DNA of 64,000 nt from Magallana gigas (lineage: Eukaryota). Below the pieces are notes generated by a model, which was given only the letters and a program-made list of their open reading frames with translations, searched no databases and was not told the origin of the DNA. The translations under genes were made by a program, and so were the position numbers. The DNA lies in contig NC_088858.1 of NCBI RefSeq assembly GCF_963853765.1, forward strand, positions 41,292,001-41,356,000, given 5' to 3'. Shown here one piece after another: positions 59,663-64,000 of the stretch; the stretch's first letter is position 1; each line of letters opens with the position of its first letter.

Positions 59663-62600
59663 GGGTAATTCTGAAATGATATTGATTATTCATGGTATGA
59701 TTTAAAACAGAAATCGCAAGGAAGACCTACTCGTTACTCGTAACGAGATCGTATCTAGTTACAACTACTTTTCTACTTTTATGTCCAAGCTACATTCATT
59801 CACTAGAATTAAAAAAATCCAGTTTTTCTGTTTTAAAATAACCCCCTCATTGCTTTATTGCTCTGGGTTTCAATTCACAACCAAAAAAAAAAGTCTACAG
59901 GGATTACAAATGATATGAAAAGTACACAGATGTTAGTAGTGAAAAATTTTGCAAGGAGTTCTGAGAATTTCCAGATGTATAAAGGATGTCAGATTTTTCC
60001 TTTATAAATCCCGATTGGAAGTGTATTTTTCGAGGTATAAAAAGGGAACATAAGATAGAAGAAATCTTTTTTTCCACACATTGATTTTAGTTGTTTTCCA
60101 CTGATGTGTAAGTGTAAGAAAATCAACAAAAATTAATGGAAACAATAACCTGGGATAGATTATAATCATTATTTCAACATGCATAAGTCCTTTTACCAAC
60201 TTGCACCAATTTTATGTCAACATGTCCTGATAAATAAAAATTTATGGTAATTTGTTGAAATATTTAATATGTAATTAAAAAACCCCACTACAAATTTTTA
60301 ATACAAACATATTGGTTATAGGCTGTGAACATTCAAGTTTGTAATTTGGTAGGGGAGGTTGGCAAAGTGTGGAGCAAGTTGGATTGGGGTTATTTTTGTC
60401 TTGCAGTCATCTTATATATCAAAGTTAAGATTTATTTTGTGATGTTGTATTTATGTAAAAAAATGTATTCTGAAAAAAAAAAAATCAATAAGTGTTGTTT
60501 GTAATTTTTAGTACCTGGCTGCTCAGAAGTCCAAAAATGTCAATGTCAGCTCAATGGCAGAAGACCTCCAGAGACAGTATGGGTAAGTTAATGAAAGTAC
60601 AGTCTGCTGATGATGTAAGAGTTGAAAAAATGCTCACAATAAATCTTTGCATTACTTCAAAATATGAACTGCTGTATGTTTAATTCATTGGAAATAAGAA
60701 ATATGGACAAGAAGTTTTGTTTTCCTGAATTTCAGACTTTGTACCAGATCGTTTTATAAAATCATCGTACTATCACACGTTCAATAAAATTTTGTTCAGA
60801 TCAAACCAATAAGGGTATTTGTTTTGAAGATTTGTCTTATGTTGAGCTTTGGGATTTGGAAAACTCTTGTTTCTATTCTTAGGGAGTATGGAAGAAAGAA
60901 GAAAAATGCATTTTATAAGTCTGTGGAGAAAGGTATAAAATTTTTGACCTTTTACAATTTGCATTTGAAATTGGAATAGTCACTTTGAGTGAAGTGAAAC
61001 TTTTGATGTTGATGTCAAATTTAACAGAATTATTTTTTGCTAAATGCAAAGAGTTGAATTCAATTATTTTTATGTCTTAACTTTCAGCATATGAAATTAT
61101 AAGAAGGAAAGACTCTGACAACTTGTCAAGATTAGAACAAAAGCATTTAGGCAAGAGGAGGACCACATCCTCCAGGTAGGAAGTGTATTCTATTGGCTGG
61201 ACGCATGCAACTTGTATGGATTTAACAAGTTAATTTGTAATGTTATCTCAAAGTTTCTTACGGTACACTTACAACTGTTGTGTTTTCCTCTCAATTGTCA
61301 CATTCAAAGGGTAACAACTCTCTCACAAGTTTTTGTTGGAGGTACAACAGGAGTAGTTGTAACTCTAATTGTACCGGTATATGTATACATGTATTTATTG
61401 TATATCCGGTAATTTTCACGATGATCTAATTTTCGCTGTTTTTCGCAATCTGTTTTAAATCGCAAATAATTGAATACACAGAATTTATATCCTGTATCAT
61501 TTTCTATAAAAAAAAATTTAAATCGCAAAAAATTACTGACGCAAATTAAAAATTTCACAGATTTTCCCCATTTCCGCAAATTTTGTGACACACAAAAAAA
61601 AACCCGGATATATGATATTTTGTTCTTTTTCATCATTAATATGAATGATTTCACTCAGTCCAGTAAGTTTCAGTGTAAAAAATAAGAGATCGACTGTTTA
61701 AAAATGTAGCATCATGAATCGTCAGGTCTTAGTGCATCTATATTTAGATGTACATTTGCACCCAGAGGATGTACATGTAGCCTGGCTGCTTAGAGCTAAA
61801 ACTTTTGTGATGTTTATCTAAAAAATAGTCTATTATAAATTTTATAAATAAATTTCATTGTTAGAATTATCAATTACAGGTATATTTTAATTTTAATGTA
61901 ATAACTGTAAAATATGTATTTTCTTAGACCCATATTTATGTATAAGGTTTGATTGATGAATGTTGCATCCAAAAGAGGAAAGCTTTATAAATATGACATA
62001 TACTTAGAGCAAATGCTGTATGTTTATTGTGTCAAGTTAAGAAGTTATATTACTGGCTATTAGAAAATACATTAGTTTTCACCGGGTGTAATGATATGAT
62101 GTGATTTTGCAGTGAGTCGGACTCGGATTCCGATGTAATCGCGGATGACAGCGATGCAAGCTTTTCAGATGACAATCCGGACTACATCAACTACCAGGTA
62201 AGTTTCAATTTATTAAAAATGGTGATAACCTATTTGATCTTTGGTTATTATAGAAAGAAAGGATATATTTACATCAATCCCAAGAAATATGAAAAATTTT
62301 ACTCAGTTTGATTTCATCTTCATATATAGATTTCAGTCTTGTCTCCCATGTTTAAATTTCAAAAACACAACTAAAGATTAAAACTCAAATATTTAGATGC
62401 TCAAGTATTATCTACTCCAAACTTTCCTGCTTGGAAACTAATTATGCATTGCCTTTAACCCTGAAATTTTGTCATGTATTTTCAATAATGAACAGGCGGT
62501 GATTGTAACTGTATTTTAACAAACTGTACCTGTAGTACTTTGAATTTTTCTGGTGATGTGGAATGGCATCATAATTGGAGGAACAAAGCGAGGAATCTTT

Positions 62601-63982
62601 GTACTTTCAAAATAAGATGCTTTGACAATTTTTGAAAAATATTACTGATACTTGATTTTGTTACTGAAATGTTATCTAATATCTGTAATATACTTAATTG
62701 GAACATGGTACTTGTTATTGTAGGAATCTAATGCCATGAACAACATGATGTCTAGCTTCTACAGAAACGTGGCAGGACCCAGCACATCTGCCATGCCTTC
62801 ATCCATGATAGGTCCAGGCGATTTGGTTCTTGACCCTGACTTCAGAATGTCACAGTCGGGGGGGTCAGATGCCTGTATCACTATTGACGATTCCTCAGAG
62901 TCGGACAGTGAAGTTGCTTCTACTAGCCAGAAATCCTCCACTGCCTTCTTTGTGGATAGAGTTGGAGAGCGACCTCAATTAACTGTGGTCAAGGACTCTG
63001 GGTTAGGTGATACAAGTTCCCAGGGTGAGATATTGGATGTCTCTGTTTGTCTGCCTCCTCCTCCTTTACTGAAGGTGCAATCAACAGAAAAACTAAAAAA
63101 TAAGAAAAAGTCTGAGAAACTAGATGAAAAAAATGAAAAGGAAGTAAAGAGGAAAGAGAATGAGGATGTGGACTCAGGAAGGAAAACTCCGAAGACAACT
63201 GTAAGAAAGATCAATGCATCAATAACTTTGAATTAACTATTTTCTGATATGTGATTTCATTAATGATCAGTTATTTTAGAATGTACAAGGCTTCAACATT
63301 TTTTACATAGGAATTTTGGATTGTCTTTGTTAACATATTAATAATTTTTTTAATTAATCTAAAATGTTTTTAAATGTTTTTCATTAGAAAGGGAAGAAAT
63401 CCAGTGCAGATGGTGACAAAAAAGAGAAAAAATCAAAGTCTGGTAAGGAACTTAATCATGATAATCATGATTACAGCATGTATCACTGCTCATCACTGTA
63501 GGGACCTGTGAATTTTGTAAATACATGAACCTGTTACTTATAAATTTACAACATATAGGAATATTTTTATTATGTACATAATTAATGCTCTATTAGTGAA
63601 AAACAACTTTTTAGATACCGCTATTAAAATACTGGTATTTGTGGATGTATTTTTACGTGCAATTTTTCTGGAAAGGAGAAATATACATGTATCTAACTCT
63701 ATTCAAGTATGCAACTTCTAATGAAGTTGAGGTGCAAATTTTTGCATGAGTGATATTCATAGAAATCTGTTAATGTTGAGTCACCATGAACTTTGTTATA
63801 TTTTTCGTTAGTTGTTTTCAGTGTTACTGCAAATATAGAGTTCATTGAAATTGGCCCAAATGCAAAAATACATACATGCTATACAAATATTAATACACTG
63901 ATCATTATCTGTTGCAGGCATTGAGGTTCAGACATCTGGTGTAACATTTGCTGATGTAGGAGGCAATGATAATGTGTTAATG
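57879..63982 (+). CDS. NVL: Nuclear valosin-containing protein-like AAA ATPase, first 8 coding exons (335 aa); continues beyond the window
   Basis: Exons 57879-57992, 60512-60582, 60883-60932, 61088-61175, 62113-62197, 62724-63200, 63388-63442 and 63918-63982, all GT-AG and in phase. DPRLVPRVRQYL...MAEDLQRQYGEYGRKKKNAFYKSVEK matches the NVL N-terminal nucleolin-binding domain, AMNNMMSSFY follows, and VTFADVGGND starts the first AAA domain. Confidence 0.92.
58495..59760 (-). mobile_element. HINE-type element in NVL intron 1 (minus orientation)
   Basis: Terminal hairpin AGGTCTTCCG-TTTCCAA-CGGAAGACCT at the left end, matching subterminal GGAAGACCT near the right end; AACTAG start on the minus strand; degenerate internal tandem repeats. 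Confidence 0.75.
60512..60582 (+). CDS. NVL: NVL exon 2
   Basis: YLAAQKSKNVNVSSMAEDLQRQY. Confidence 0.9.
60883..60932 (+). CDS. NVL: NVL exon 3
   Basis: EYGRKKKNAFYKSVEK. Confidence 0.9.
61088..61175 (+). CDS. NVL: NVL exon 4
   Basis: YEIIRRKDSDNLSRLEQKHLGKRRTTSS. Confidence 0.88.
61403..61610. mobile_element. Short TIR MITE in NVL intron 4
   Basis: Imperfect TIRs TATCCGGTAATTTT / AAAAAACCCGGATA. Confidence 0.55.
62113..62197 (+). CDS. NVL: NVL exon 5
   Basis: ESDSDSDVIADDSDASFSDDNPDYINYQ. Confidence 0.88.
62724..63200 (+). CDS. NVL: NVL exon 6
   Basis: ESNAMNNMMSSFYRNVAG...GRKTPKTT; donor ACT|GTAAGA. Confidence 0.88.
63388..63442 (+). CDS. NVL: NVL exon 7
   Basis: KGKKSSADGDKKEKKSKS. 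Confidence 0.82.
63918..63982 (+). CDS. NVL: NVL exon 8
   Basis: IEVQTSGVTFADVGGNDNVLM; donor GTAAGT. Confidence 0.9.
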
Positions 63983-64000
63983 GTAAGTTGTTTTTCTTTC

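Noticed and set aside
62759-63214. Minus-strand ORFs over NVL exon 6
   Set aside because: Antisense shadows of a Ser/Lys/Glu-rich exon.

Overview
AT-rich, intron-containing animal genomic DNA. It is most likely from an oyster (Crassostrea/Magallana type), inferred from Cg170-like ~168-bp satellite monomers inside a Helentron-derived HINE element. Host genes reconstructed by hand from splice sites and reading frames: (1) the 5' part of a GT31 beta-1,3-galactosyltransferase running off the left edge (minus strand); (2) a complete 14-exon S9-family serine peptidase (minus, 45155-31039) with catalytic Ser/Asp/His and a possible mitochondrial presequence; (3) a possible 70-aa microprotein gene (plus); (4) a 3-exon, 100-aa stand-alone AAR2-N-domain-like gene (minus); and (5) the first 8 exons of NVL (plus, runs off the right edge), head-to-head with gene 4. 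Mobile DNA: a young PAT-like tyrosine-recombinase retrotransposon with split direct repeats (45741-49976) that lacks the N-terminal half of its RT, several HINE elements, Kolobok-like and TA-targeting MITEs, and three families of long palindromic elements. A ~14-kb 26/27-bp-based minisatellite (about 9050-22960) appears to sit inside a decayed minus-strand gene. Its distal part consists of five 0.8-1.5-kb modules, each carrying a GT-AG intron-like segment at the same position. No database searches were run, so family assignments rest on motifs I recognised.
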